Under the pieces are notes generated by a model. That model had not been told where the DNA came from, did not search any database, and was given only the letters and a program-made list of their open reading frames with translations. Below are positions 20,507 to 33,920 of a stretch of 64,000 nucleotides of DNA, in pieces (position 1 is the stretch's first letter; the number at the start of each line of letters is the position of its first letter). The translations under genes were made by a program, and so were the position numbers. Source of the DNA: Gammaproteobacteria bacterium (GTDB lineage: Bacteria > Pseudomonadota > Gammaproteobacteria > GRL18); the NCBI GenBank assembly GCA_015488755.1, contig WFNB01000025.1, positions 745 through 64,744 on the forward strand. Reading direction: 5' to 3'.

Positions 20507-20534
20507 CTTGAAAAATGTGAATATCACCCCACAT
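20507..20534 (+). promoter_or_regulatory. Sigma32-type promoter upstream of dnaK
   Basis: CTTGAAA (20507-20513), N13 spacer, CCCCACAT (20527-20534). This is a near-perfect consensus match. Confidence 0.7.
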
Positions 20535-20582
20535 TTAAGAACATAGAAAAACATATTAAAGAATTATTTTTAGGAGAAAACA

Positions 20583-22502
20583 ATGGGTAAAATTATTGGT
20601 ATTGATTTGGGCACAACAAACTCATGTGTCGCCGTTATGGATGGTGATAAGCCAAAAGTAATCGAAAATGCAGAGGGTGATCGTACAACACCTTCTATTG
20701 TTGCTTACACCGAAGATGAAGTATTAGTTGGACAATCCGCCAAGCGTCAGGCGGTTACGAATCCTGCAAATACCATTTATGCAGTAAAGCGCTTAATTGG
20801 TCGTACATTTGATGAAGATGCAGTACAGAAAGATATTGAATTAGTGCCTTATACAATTGTTAAGGCAGGTAATGGTGATGCTTGGGTTGAAGCTCAGGGT
20901 AAGAAAATGGCACCACCTGAAGTATCAGCACAAATTCTGGCAAAAATGAAAAAGACAGCAGAAGATTATTTAGGTGAAACAGTCACTGAAGCCGTTATTA
21001 CTGTGCCTGCTTACTTTAATGACTCACAGCGTCAAGCAACGAAAGATGCAGGTAAAATTGCTGGTTTAGAAGTAAAGCGTATTATTAATGAGCCAACCGC
21101 AGCCGCACTTGCCTATGGTTTAGATAAAACTAAGGGTGACTCAACGGTTGCTGTATTTGACTTAGGTGGTGGTACCTTTGATGTCTCCATTATTGAAATT
21201 GCTGAAATTGATGGTGAGTTCCAGTTTGAAGTATTGTCAACTAACGGTGATACTTTCTTAGGTGGTGAAGATTTTGATAATCGTTTAATTGACTACCTTG
21301 CTGATGAGTTTAAGAAAGATCAGGGTATGGACTTGCGTGGTGATCCACTTGCGATGCAACGTTTAAAAGAAGGGGCAGAAAAGGCCAAAATTGAATTGTC
21401 TTCTTCTCAACAGACAGATGTCAATCTACCTTATATTACCGCAGATGCTTCAGGGCCTAAGCACTTAAATGTTAAGGTAACACGAGCTAAGTTAGAGTCC
21501 TTAGTTGAGGATCTTATTAAGCGTACTATTGACCCTTGTCGTACCGCAATTAACGATGCCGGTTTATCCGTAAGTGATATTGATGAGGTTATCCTTGTTG
21601 GTGGTCAAATCCGTATGCCTAAGGTGCAAGAAGAAGTGCAGGCATTTTTTGGTAAAGAGCCTCGCCGAGATGTTAACCCAGATGAAGCAGTTGCTGTCGG
21701 TGCTGCGGTTCAAGGTGGCGTACTAGGCGGTGAAGTAAAGGATGTTTTATTATTAGATGTCACGCCTCTGTCTTTAGGTATTGAGACGGCCGGTGGTGTG
21801 ATGACCAAGCTAGTTGAGAAAAATACCACCATTCCAACTAAGGCATCACAAACCTTTACCACTGCGGATGATAATCAAACCGCAGTAACGGTTCATGTTT
21901 TACAAGGCGAACGTGAAGTTGCCTCTGGTAACAAGTCTTTGGGGCGTTTTGATTTATCAGATATTCCACCAGCGCAACGTGGTACACCTCAGATTGAAGT
22001 TTCATTTGACCTTGATGCCAATGGTATCTTGCATGTATCTGCTAAGGATAAAGCAACGGGTAAGGAACAATCTATTGTGATTAAGGCATCCAGTGGTTTG
22101 TCTGATGATGAAGTAGAACGTATGGTACAAGATGCTGAGGCTCATGCTGAAGATGATAAGAAGTTCCAAGAACTTGTTGTCGCGCGTAATACTGCTGAAA
22201 ATATGATTCATGCGACTAAGAAGTCGATTGAAGAAATGGGTGATAAACTTGAAGCAGATGAAAAATCATCAATAGAAACCGCCATTAAAGATTTGGAAGA
22301 GTCTCTTAAAGGTGATGATAAAGCTGATATTGAAGCAAAAACCAAAGCACTTACCGATGCCTCTGCTAAGATGGCTGAACGTATGTATGCTGATCAAGGT
22401 GGTGATGCAGCTGGAGCGGCAGAAGGCGCTGCTGCTGAGAACACTGCTGATGATGATGTTGTGGATGCTGAGTTTGAAGAAGTGGATGATTCTAAAAAGT
22501 AA
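20583..22502 (+). CDS. dnaK: Molecular chaperone DnaK (Hsp70)
   Basis: [17 protein letters not shown] and the rest of the Hsp70 signature set. Confidence 0.99.
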   Translation: MGKIIGIDLGTTNSCVAVMDGDKPKVIENAEGDRTTPSIVAYTEDEVLVGQSAKRQAVTNPANTIYAVKRLIGRTFDEDAVQKDIELVPYTIVKAGNGDAWVEAQGKKMAPPEVSAQILAKMKKTAEDYLGETVTEAVITVPAYFNDSQRQATKDAGKIAGLEVKRIINEPTAAALAYGLDKTKGDSTVAVFDLGGGTFDVSIIEIAEIDGEFQFEVLSTNGDTFLGGEDFDNRLIDYLADEFKKDQGMDLRGDPLAMQRLKEGAEKAKIELSSSQQTDVNLPYITADASGPKHLNVKVTRAKLESLVEDLIKRTIDPCRTAINDAGLSVSDIDEVILVGGQIRMPKVQEEVQAFFGKEPRRDVNPDEAVAVGAAVQGGVLGGEVKDVLLLDVTPLSLGIETAGGVMTKLVEKNTTIPTKASQTFTTADDNQTAVTVHVLQGEREVASGNKSLGRFDLSDIPPAQRGTPQIEVSFDLDANGILHVSAKDKATGKEQSIVIKASSGLSDDEVERMVQDAEAHAEDDKKFQELVVARNTAENMIHATKKSIEEMGDKLEADEKSSIETAIKDLEESLKGDDKADIEAKTKALTDASAKMAERMYADQGGDAAGAAEGAAAENTADDDVVDAEFEEVDDSKK

Positions 22503-22530
22503 GCAACAGTCTTTTTAGTTGAGTAATAGG

Positions 22531-22572
22531 AACACAGGTTGGAGTGATTTTCCACCTGTGTTTTCCTATTTA
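22531..22572 (+). terminator. Hairpin plus T-rich tract between dnaK and dnaJ (partial terminator or attenuator)
   Basis: AACACAGGT(T)GGA ... TCCACCTGTGTT stem followed by TTCCTATTTATT. Confidence 0.5.
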
Positions 22573-22610
22573 TTAAACCCAGAAAAATAGCCAATAAAAG
22601 TTTAAATATT

Positions 22611-23759
22611 ATGTCCAAAAGAGATTTTTACGAAGTACTTGGGGTTGATAAAACCGCCAGTGATGCCGAGCTGAAAAAAGCTTATCGCCGTTTGGCAATG
22701 AAACATCATCCGGATAGAAATCCTGATAGTGCAGATTCTGAAGCACACTTTAAAGAAGCCAAAGAAGCCTATGAAGTGCTGTCAAATGCCCAAAAACGTC
22801 AGGCTTATGATCAGTTTGGTCATGCGGGTGTTGATCAAAGTGCTGGTATGGGCGGTGGTGCTGGGGGCAATTTCAGTGACATCTTTGGCGATGTGTTTGG
22901 TGATATTTTTTCTGGTGCTGGAGGCGGTGGCGGCGGTCGACGTGGTGAACGGGTTTTTCGTGGTGCTGATTTACAATATAACTTAGAGCTGAGTTTAGAA
23001 GAAGCCGTACATGGTAAGTCGGTAAAAATCCGTGTCCCTACGATGGTAGGCTGTAAAAAATGTGATGGCAGCGGTGCTAAAAAAGGCTCTAGTGCAGATA
23101 CCTGTGGTACTTGTCAGGGCGTTGGACAAGTTCGTATGCAACAAGGTTTTTTCTCCTTGCAACAAACCTGTCCAACCTGTCATGGTACAGGTAAGGTCAT
23201 TAAAGATCCCTGTGATGCCTGTCATGGCGAGGGGCGTATTCAAGAGCACAAAACACTATCGGTTAAAGTACCTGCTGGGGTCGATACAGGTGATCGTATT
23301 CGTCTTTCTAATGAAGGTGAAGCGGGTCAAAATGGTGGGCCTTCCGGTGATCTTTATGTGCATGTGCATGTTAGAGCGCATGATATTTTCACCCGAGAGG
23401 GCAGTGACTTATTTTGTGAAGTCCCTATTAATATTGCCACAGCAGCCCTAGGTGGCACGTTAGAAGTACCCACCTTAGATGGTCGTATTAGTTTAAAGGT
23501 GCCTGCCGAAACGCAAACAGGAAAGATGTTTCGTATGCGTAACAAAGGTGTGAAATCAGTGCGTGGTGGTGTACAGGGTGATCTTTTATGCCGTATTATT
23601 GTGGAAACACCTGTTAAACTGAATGCGAGACAAAAAGAGCTATTAGAAGAGTTTCAGGAAACCTTAGAACAAGGTGGTAAGAGTCACAGTCCAAAAGCTC
23701 ATGGTTGGTTGGATGGTGTTAAGAAGTTCTTTGATGATATGAAACAAAATATTGGTTGA
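22611..23759 (+). CDS. dnaJ: Molecular chaperone DnaJ
   Basis: J domain with HPD, G/F-rich linker, and four CxxCxGxG zinc-finger repeats. Confidence 0.98.
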   Translation: MSKRDFYEVLGVDKTASDAELKKAYRRLAMKHHPDRNPDSADSEAHFKEAKEAYEVLSNAQKRQAYDQFGHAGVDQSAGMGGGAGGNFSDIFGDVFGDIFSGAGGGGGGRRGERVFRGADLQYNLELSLEEAVHGKSVKIRVPTMVGCKKCDGSGAKKGSSADTCGTCQGVGQVRMQQGFFSLQQTCPTCHGTGKVIKDPCDACHGEGRIQEHKTLSVKVPAGVDTGDRIRLSNEGEAGQNGGPSGDLYVHVHVRAHDIFTREGSDLFCEVPINIATAALGGTLEVPTLDGRISLKVPAETQTGKMFRMRNKGVKSVRGGVQGDLLCRIIVETPVKLNARQKELLEEFQETLEQGGKSHSPKAHGWLDGVKKFFDDMKQNIG

Positions 23760-23769
23760 TAAGATCCTA

Positions 23770-23843
23770 CTTCTACTACAAATACAGGCTAATCAACAGG
23801 TTTAATTTGTTTTCAAGATCATTTTATTCAGAGTTCAGATTAA
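23770..23843 (+). repeat. Truncated right-hand portion of the structured element family (copy D)
   Basis: About 85% identical by eye to 37311-37386 (CTTCTaCtACAAATACAGGCtAATCAA...TTTTCAAGATCATtTTATTCAGAgTTCAGATTAA). The left arm is absent. Confidence 0.65.
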
Positions 23844-23882
23844 CTGGTAGGCAAACTAAAATTTCTAATGATGGCACTTAGA

Positions 23883-23920
23883 GGCGTAAAGAACAGATGA
23901 TCTTTACGCCTTTGTAGTTT
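23883..23920 (+). terminator. Rho-independent terminator after dnaJ
   Basis: GGCGTAAAGA-N8-TCTTTACGCC perfect 10-bp stem followed by TTTGTAGTTT. Confidence 0.7.
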
Positions 23921-23969
23921 ACTATGAAGCTGATTTATTTAGGTTTATGCTGAGAATTAAGGAGGCATT

Positions 23970-24557
23970 ATGACTAGAAAAAAGTTTATGACTATGAAGC
24001 AATGCTATCAACAATTGCGAGACTTCTTTCGGGGGGAAGAGGCTCAATACGAAGCGAATAGCTCGCGTCGCCAGATTTTATCAAAGCTGTTTAAAACCGG
24101 CAGTGCGGTTGCTATAGGGACTGTTGCGGTGACGGCACAGGCTCATAAAACCAAAGAGGAAGGTACAGAAAAAGAAGAGCGTTTTCCAGGTGATCCACCT
24201 GAGCACCTTATGTTGTACCAGCTTAATAAAGCTGAGCATGAATACCATCAGCATGTTTTAGGTTCGGTGGGCGCAATGGTGGGTAAATATGGTGATAATA
24301 TTAGCTTAGTTGTGTCCTGTTTCGGTCGTGGCATTCATGTCTTGGTAAAAAATCCAGCTCGGCCAGTGGATGATAAAATTAAAGAAAAAATACGTAGCTT
24401 AGCCGGTCAGGGAGTTAAATTTCATGCTTGTGGGCGTACTCTGAAAACAATGAATTGGACTGAAAAAGACCTGCTTCCTTTTGTGACATTAGTAGAAGTT
24501 GGGGTTGCTGATATGATGGAATTACAAGAAAAAAACTACGCTTATGTGGCTTGGTAG
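23970..24557 (+). CDS. Tat-signal DsrE/DsrF-like (COG1416-type) protein
   Basis: AAGGAGG RBS. SRRQILSKL twin-arginine motif plus hydrophobic stretch ending AQA. C-terminal FHACGRTL and ELQEKNYAYVAW blocks are typical of DsrE-related proteins. Confidence 0.65.
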   Translation: MTRKKFMTMKQCYQQLRDFFRGEEAQYEANSSRRQILSKLFKTGSAVAIGTVAVTAQAHKTKEEGTEKEERFPGDPPEHLMLYQLNKAEHEYHQHVLGSVGAMVGKYGDNISLVVSCFGRGIHVLVKNPARPVDDKIKEKIRSLAGQGVKFHACGRTLKTMNWTEKDLLPFVTLVEVGVADMMELQEKNYAYVAW

Positions 24558-24591
24558 ATCGTTTTATATAATCTAATTTTGGAGTATTACT

Positions 24592-25894
<1,303 letters not shown>

Positions 25895-25896
25895 CT

Positions 25897-26082
25897 ATGT
25901 TTAAGAGTATTTTTGCCTTGTTGCTTTTATTGAGTGCCGTGTTTGCAATTTTAAAAATAACAAAAAGTCGTGAAACCACGGGTATAAAAGTCTTATGGGT
26001 TGTTCTTATATTGATTTTACCTGTTATTGGTTTGCTTGCGTGGTTTTTTGTCGGCCCTGGAGATAAGTCGCTGAAAATGTAG
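25897..26082 (+). CDS. Small membrane protein, PLD-nuclease N-terminal (PLDc_N)-like
   Basis: Two TM helices. The WVVLILILPVIGLLAWFFVG pattern resembles the PLDc_N family. Confidence 0.5.
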   Translation: MFKSIFALLLLLSAVFAILKITKSRETTGIKVLWVVLILILPVIGLLAWFFVGPGDKSLKM

Positions 26083-26129
26083 GCGCTTGTTTAACTATCT
26101 ACAAATAACGCCAGAATGCCTTCAGCTCA

Positions 26130-26187
26130 CTTTTATTATTAGTTACAAAACTCGCTTCGCTCAGACAGTTGTAACGAATAATAAAAG
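26130..26187. repeat. Long AT-rich hairpin in a convergent intergenic region
   Basis: CTTTTATTATTAGTTACAA (26130-26148) pairs with TTGTAACGAATAATAAAAG (26169-26187): 19 bp, one mismatch, 20-nt loop. Confidence 0.7.
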
Positions 26188-26291
26188 CAACCTGAACACA
26201 TTCTTTAATCTGTTTTGTTATTTAAGAGTGCCCACAGCTGATTTTTTGTTATTTAAGAGTCAAACGTTTCATAGTCTGAGTCGGTTAACAA

Positions 26292-26822
26292 TTAGTCATT
26301 ATCACCCATACGTTTAAAGTGGGTGTGGTAGCAAGAAGGGCAAGGAGGGATGCGCCCAGCTTTGTGAAAATGCATTTCTTTGCCACATTGTTTGCACACC
26401 AAAGTACCCATACTGGTGACCTCGCCGGTATGCCATTCATTCGCCATTTCTTTAAGGTGATCCAGTTCTAAACGAGTTTGATCGGCCATACTTGAAAAAA
26501 CAGCCAGTAGTCTTTCTTCTACCTGATGCAAGTCAAATTCTAACCATTGTTGAAAATTCTTGTTTTCAACTTCCATCTTACTGGCCGCATCGTGTAAATC
26601 TCGTTTTACATAGCGTGAAATCAGGTCAATTTCTTCCTTGCTCCAATTTTCGAGTTGAGCCATAAATTCTTCCGCTTCTTTCACCCCATTGATGATCATA
26701 GGACCTGCGGTTTCATCGGCTTTTTCTGTCCACTCAGAAAGTTTGTCTACCATTGTGTTATAGCCGTTAACAAGCTTGTCGGTAACATGTTCAGATGAGT
26801 TGCTATTGGTTTCATGGTTCAT
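26292..26822 (-). CDS. Zinc-ribbon-containing protein (DUF1451-like)
   Basis: C-terminal CKQCGKEMHF...PPCPSCYHTHF zinc ribbon after a helical region. Start set to ATG 26822. Confidence 0.6.
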   Translation of the reverse strand: MNHETNSNSSEHVTDKLVNGYNTMVDKLSEWTEKADETAGPMIINGVKEAEEFMAQLENWSKEEIDLISRYVKRDLHDAASKMEVENKNFQQWLEFDLHQVEERLLAVFSSMADQTRLELDHLKEMANEWHTGEVTSMGTLVCKQCGKEMHFHKAGRIPPCPSCYHTHFKRMGDND

Positions 26823-26938
26823 GGCGTTATCCTGTATCAGAAAATTTGATCGGTTATGCGTTAAGTATAGCTGAAAATGCAATTACTTGGGCATAAAATA
26901 ATGGTACAATTCGCCTTTTTATGTGAAAAGAGACCTAG

Positions 26939-29434
<2,496 letters not shown>

Positions 29435-29474
29435 AGACGCTTAACACAGGGCTTAAGAAACGGGAAAATAGATA

Positions 29475-29987
29475 ATGCAAATACATACAATTGCCGGTAA
29501 AACGGCACGAGCTTTATGGCTACCCATATTGATGGCCTTATTCCTTAGTGCTTGTGGCTTTCATTTGCGGGGTGATATTGTTTTGCCTAGCTTATATGAG
29601 CGAGTACATGTGGTTGATAAGGGCTATTCAGATGTTGGCCGATCATTATCGACCGCTTTAATTAATTCCGGTAGTAAAATGGTTGCTTCACCAGAAGAGG
29701 CAAGCTCTGTGATCACCATCCTCTCTCGTGGTATCGAGCGTCGTGCTCTGAATGTCGGTGGCAAACAGGTCAGAGAATATGAGTTGCAACTCACGATTTT
29801 ATTTGTGGTGCAGGATCATAGCGGCAAGCAGTTATCCGAGCCTCAGCGAGTTAGTATTGTGCGTAATTTTCAAAATAATCCCAATGCCGTATTGGGTCGG
29901 GATAATGAAGAGCAAATTATCCGTAGGGAAATGATGCAACCTGCTATTATACAATTATTGCGCCGTCTAAAAGCCATTGCAAATTAA
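29475..29987 (+). CDS. lptE: LPS-assembly lipoprotein LptE
   Basis: Lipobox LSACGFHLRG, family size, conserved position between leuS and holA. Confidence 0.8.
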   Translation: MQIHTIAGKTARALWLPILMALFLSACGFHLRGDIVLPSLYERVHVVDKGYSDVGRSLSTALINSGSKMVASPEEASSVITILSRGIERRALNVGGKQVREYELQLTILFVVQDHSGKQLSEPQRVSIVRNFQNNPNAVLGRDNEEQIIRREMMQPAIIQLLRRLKAIAN

Positions 29988-31026
29988 ACCAGAACAACTG
30001 CGTAACGATCTTAAGGCCAGACAGTATCCTGTCTATCTGGTCTGTGGTGATGAGCCTTTACAACATAAAGAAGCCTGTGATATGTTGCGTAAAGCCGCTC
30101 ATTATTATGGTTATGAAGAGCGTGAAATCTATACTGCAGATGCAAAATTTAACTGGTCTGCTCTGTCTTCTATAGCCAATGAATTATCATTATTTGCCAG
30201 CAAAAAACTTATTGAACTGTATTTGCCAACGGGCAAACCATCAGATAAGGGGCTTGCCCTAAGCCATTATTGCGAACATTTACCAGAAGATACCCTCTTG
30301 TTGATTATGGCTCCCAAAATAGAGGCGGCAACAAGGAAATCTAAATGGTATAAAGCCTTAGAACGGGTGGCAGGTATTATTACTGTTTGGCCTATTGAGG
30401 GGTATCACTTAAACCAATGGTTACAGCGGCGTTTATTAAGCAAGGGATTAATGACCACACAGGATGCTATCGAGTTGATTAATGATCGCATTGAGGGTAA
30501 TTTACTGGCAGGGGATCAAGAAATTGAAAAGCTCAGTCTATTATACTCACCTGCTAAGGGTGAAGAGAATGTACATCTAGACTATGAGCAAGTGGCTGAT
30601 GCCGTTTCTGATAGTGCTCGTTATAATGTCTTTGAATTGTTTGATTGTGCCTTGTCAGGGGATTTAAAACGAGCTTCAAGAATACTCTATGGCCTGCAAC
30701 GTGAAGAGGTATCTATTATACTCATCTTGTCTCTATTTGCTAAGGAAGTACGGTTATTGGCAAAAATGTCAGCCGTGCTGGAGTCTATGGAACAAACTAG
30801 GCAGGTAAAAAATATCGACTTAGCAATGAAAGGTGTTTATATCTTCCCCAAAAGAAAATCACTGATTGCCCAAGCATTGCGTACCAGTCGAGCTGAGCAT
30901 TGGCAACAATTACTTAAACAACTGTTGATGGCGGATAAGTTTTCTAAGGGGGCACAGCTTGGTGATCCTTGGGCTGAGATGCAACTTATTTTATCGGCAG
31001 TCGCAGGTAAAACGTACTTAATTTGA
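29977..31026 (+). CDS. holA: DNA polymerase III subunit delta
   Basis: PEQLRNDLK...YLVCGDEPL N-terminus resembles HolA. Conserved leuS-lptE-holA synteny. TTG start. Confidence 0.85.
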   Translation: MQIKPEQLRNDLKARQYPVYLVCGDEPLQHKEACDMLRKAAHYYGYEEREIYTADAKFNWSALSSIANELSLFASKKLIELYLPTGKPSDKGLALSHYCEHLPEDTLLLIMAPKIEAATRKSKWYKALERVAGIITVWPIEGYHLNQWLQRRLLSKGLMTTQDAIELINDRIEGNLLAGDQEIEKLSLLYSPAKGEENVHLDYEQVADAVSDSARYNVFELFDCALSGDLKRASRILYGLQREEVSIILILSLFAKEVRLLAKMSAVLESMEQTRQVKNIDLAMKGVYIFPKRKSLIAQALRTSRAEHWQQLLKQLLMADKFSKGAQLGDPWAEMQLILSAVAGKTYLI

Positions 31027-31036
31027 TAAGCATCAT

Positions 31037-31189
31037 GCATAGGTAGGTACTTAAGCATGTCTGAGGCAGGATAACTCTGTATTTACTACGCAAGACGCCG
31101 TAAATCCATCCTTGGAGGCTTTATTGCCACATCCATGTGGCAAAAACTTCCTCCGTAAACACAGAGTTATCCTTAAGTACCTACGTATG
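31037..31189 (+). mobile_element. MITE-like structured element, copy B
   Basis: Near-identical to 9976-10128. Flanked by the direct repeat AAGCATCAT (31028-31036 and 31190-31198). About 19-bp imperfect terminal inverted repeats. Confidence 0.8.
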
Positions 31190-31237
31190 AAGCATCATTA
31201 ATTATTTTGACAGATAGAATAAACAATGGAATAAACA

Positions 31238-32500
31238 ATGGATATTAAACACTATATGACCGACGTGGGTCAGCGTGCACGTCAAGCCTCTAGAGCATTG
31301 GTTAAAGCTAGTAGTAATAAGAAAAATGCCGCTTTATTGGCTATTGCTGAGCTATTGGAAGCATCAATGAGTAGCTTGATTGCAGAAAATAAGAAGGATC
31401 TGGATGCGGGGAAAACTCGTGGCTTAGATGATGCTTTGTTGGATCGTTTGGCGCTTAATGAAGAACGCATTCAAGGTATGGCCGAAGGCTTGCGTCAGAT
31501 TGCTGCCTTACCCGATCCTGTTGGGGAAATATCGGATATGAATTATCAACCATCCGGTTTGCAAATTGGCAAAATGCGTGTGCCTTTAGGGGTCATTGGT
31601 ATTATTTATGAATCCAGACCCAATGTAACGGCCGATGCTGCGGCCTTATGTATGAAGTCAGGCAATGCCGCTATTTTACGTGGTGGCTCCGAAGCAATTC
31701 GTTCCAATCAGGCCATTGCAGAGTGTATTAAACAGGGGCTTGAACAAGCTGGTTTACCTGCTGATGTCGTTCAGGTGATCACCACAACGGATAGAGAAGC
31801 AGTGGGTGAATTGATCACCATGCAGGACTATGTCGATGTCATTGTGCCTCGTGGTGGCAAGGGCTTAATTGAACGCATTAGCGGTAATGCCAGTGTACCG
31901 GTTATTAAACACCTTAATGGTATTTGTCATGTCTATATTGATGATAAAGCGGATCGTCAAAAAGCTATTGATATTGCCTATAACGCTAAAACCCATCGCT
32001 ATGGGGTGTGCAATGCTATGGAAACATTATTGGTGAATCATGCTATTGCTGCTGATGTTTTGCCTGAACTGGCACAAAAATACCGTAATGAAGGTGTTGA
32101 GTTACGTTGTTGTGAGGGGAGTGCTAAAATACTTGCTGACTTTGCCACACAGGCTGCGACGGATGAAGACTGGGATACAGAATACCTAGCACCGGTATTA
32201 TCCATTCGACTGGTTGATGATATGGATGCCGCTATTGAACATATTTTTGCTCATAGTTCGGGGCATACAGAAGCCATCGTAACGGAAGACTTTAGTCGTG
32301 CCCGACGTTTCCTTGCTGAAGTTGACTCCAGTTCCGTTATGGTCAATGCCTCAACCCGTTTTGCCGATGGCTTTGAATATGGTTTGGGAGCAGAGATCGG
32401 CATTAGCACGGACAAGATCCATGTTCGTGGCCCAGTAGGGCTAGAGGGACTTACCTCACAAAAATACATTGTTTTAGGTGATGGACATATTAGAACTTAG
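31238..32500 (+). CDS. proA: Glutamate-5-semialdehyde dehydrogenase
   Basis: Full-length ProA resemblance, including the [10 protein letters not shown] catalytic Cys block. Confidence 0.95.
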   Translation: MDIKHYMTDVGQRARQASRALVKASSNKKNAALLAIAELLEASMSSLIAENKKDLDAGKTRGLDDALLDRLALNEERIQGMAEGLRQIAALPDPVGEISDMNYQPSGLQIGKMRVPLGVIGIIYESRPNVTADAAALCMKSGNAAILRGGSEAIRSNQAIAECIKQGLEQAGLPADVVQVITTTDREAVGELITMQDYVDVIVPRGGKGLIERISGNASVPVIKHLNGICHVYIDDKADRQKAIDIAYNAKTHRYGVCNAMETLLVNHAIAADVLPELAQKYRNEGVELRCCEGSAKILADFATQAATDEDWDTEYLAPVLSIRLVDDMDAAIEHIFAHSSGHTEAIVTEDFSRARRFLAEVDSSSVMVNASTRFADGFEYGLGAEIGISTDKIHVRGPVGLEGLTSQKYIVLGDGHIRT

Positions 32501-32592
32501 ACTTTGTTTAAGATAAGCGATACTATGATACGTTGTAATAATAGAGACACTATAATAGTAAATACAGACGCAAATAAAGACAGAGCTATTTA

Positions 32593-33330
32593 ATGAAGAG
32601 GTATTTAATGGGACGAGATTGTTTGGTACAGGGTTTTGTTCTTGGGGTTTTCATGATGTTGGCTGGTGTGACTCAGGCTTATGTTTTAGGACCAACAACA
32701 CCAGGAAAATGGGGTAGCCCAATAATGGGGACTGGAGCAACAATCACATGGAGCTTAATGGATACAGGAGTGCTTTGTGGTTCTCATTGTACTGGTAGTA
32801 ATACCAGTTTAGCTGATTTTATGCCCGCTAATTTTAAAGATCAATTGCAATTGGCTTTTGATGCTTGGAGCAGTGTGGCTAATTTAACCTTTGTTGAAGT
32901 TGCAGATACTGGAGGAACAATAGGCACAAGTGGTCAGCTTGGTGATATTCGTATTGGTGGGCATACCTTTGATGGTACGTATGGTGTTCTCGCTCATGGT
33001 TACTATCCGCTTAATAATGGCAGTAGTTTTGCTGGCGATATTCACTTTGATACGGCAGAAACATGGGTTGATACGTTTGTTGGGGGTGGTTTTAGTATCT
33101 TTCAGGTGTTTGCCCATGAACTCGGTCATGCCTTAGGCTTAGATCATACCGCAGTGGCCGGTTCTCTAATGAACCCGAGCTATAGTGAAGCCTTTGTTGG
33201 TCCTCAGGCCGATGATATTGCCGGTATGCAATATATCTACGGTATTGCACCAACCGCTGTTCCAGCTCCAGATACGCTTATTTTATTGCTTTCTGGGCTA
33301 TTGGGTTTTATTAAATTCAAACGTGTGTGA
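32593..33330 (+). CDS. Matrixin-type (M10A) zinc metalloprotease with PEP-CTERM sorting tail
   Basis: Signal peptide, HELGHALGLDH zinc motif, SLMNP Met-turn. C-terminal VPAPDTLILLLSGLLGFIKFKRV is a PEP-like motif plus TM helix plus basic end. Confidence 0.8.
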   Translation: MKRYLMGRDCLVQGFVLGVFMMLAGVTQAYVLGPTTPGKWGSPIMGTGATITWSLMDTGVLCGSHCTGSNTSLADFMPANFKDQLQLAFDAWSSVANLTFVEVADTGGTIGTSGQLGDIRIGGHTFDGTYGVLAHGYYPLNNGSSFAGDIHFDTAETWVDTFVGGGFSIFQVFAHELGHALGLDHTAVAGSLMNPSYSEAFVGPQADDIAGMQYIYGIAPTAVPAPDTLILLLSGLLGFIKFKRV

Positions 33331-33356
33331 TTTTTGTTATAGGAAATTACTGGAAT

Positions 33357-33372
33357 CGGGGCTTTAGCCCCG
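33357..33372. repeat. REP-like hairpin, third locus
   Basis: CGGGGCTTTAGCCCCG has the same core as 526-539 and 9126-9139. It lies between two convergent gene ends. Confidence 0.6.
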
Positions 33373-33399
33373 CTCCGACATACTGCAATTTTACAAAAG

Positions 33400-33852
33400 C
33401 TACTGAATAACAAAATTAGTAAAATACAGTCCTTCAATTTGTTTTTTCCCTGTTAATTCCTTCAAAACACCTTCTACCTCTTCTTGAATTTTATTTTGCA
33501 ATGCCTTCTTTTTCTTCGGTGTATTCACACTTTCTCTTGATTGTGCCGAGAGTGCGGTAATAATAATATCACGTAGTGGCGCATTATGTTTTTGCACTTC
33601 TTCAATAGCCTTAGGGCTACCTAATACTTGCAAACGAACCTGCAAAAAGCGCATTCTTTTTTCGGTTGTTTGTAGATTGACCACAAAGGGTGGAGATAAC
33701 TCATAATATTTTGTGTCATCTTCTTGTGTTGCTTCTTCAGCCCACAGTGGTGTTATTAACGTAATAGATAAGAGTAAGAGTAAAAAAAACTGGCTGTATG
33801 AAGTCAGTCTATAAATTGTTATAAATTGTTTGCTTATCATTAGTTCGTCCAA
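33400..33852 (-). CDS. fliL: FliL-like flagellar basal-body-associated protein
   Basis: N-terminal TM helix, then a YYELSPPFVVNL...RFLQVRLQVL...LRDIIITAL...GLYFTNFVIQ pattern typical of the FliL family. Confidence 0.65.
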   Translation of the reverse strand: MDELMISKQFITIYRLTSYSQFFLLLLLSITLITPLWAEEATQEDDTKYYELSPPFVVNLQTTEKRMRFLQVRLQVLGSPKAIEEVQKHNAPLRDIIITALSAQSRESVNTPKKKKALQNKIQEEVEGVLKELTGKKQIEGLYFTNFVIQ

Positions 33853-33920
33853 TTTTTAAGTGTTTAGTGGGGTTGTTTAGATGTTTTTATACAAATTTGC
33901 GACATAAAATAAATTATAGA

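Noticed and set aside
26087-26317. 76-aa ORF in the spacer after the small membrane protein gene
   Set aside because: It has a TTG start and no RBS. It spans the long hairpin and direct repeats and overlaps the converging gene end, so it is more likely non-coding.
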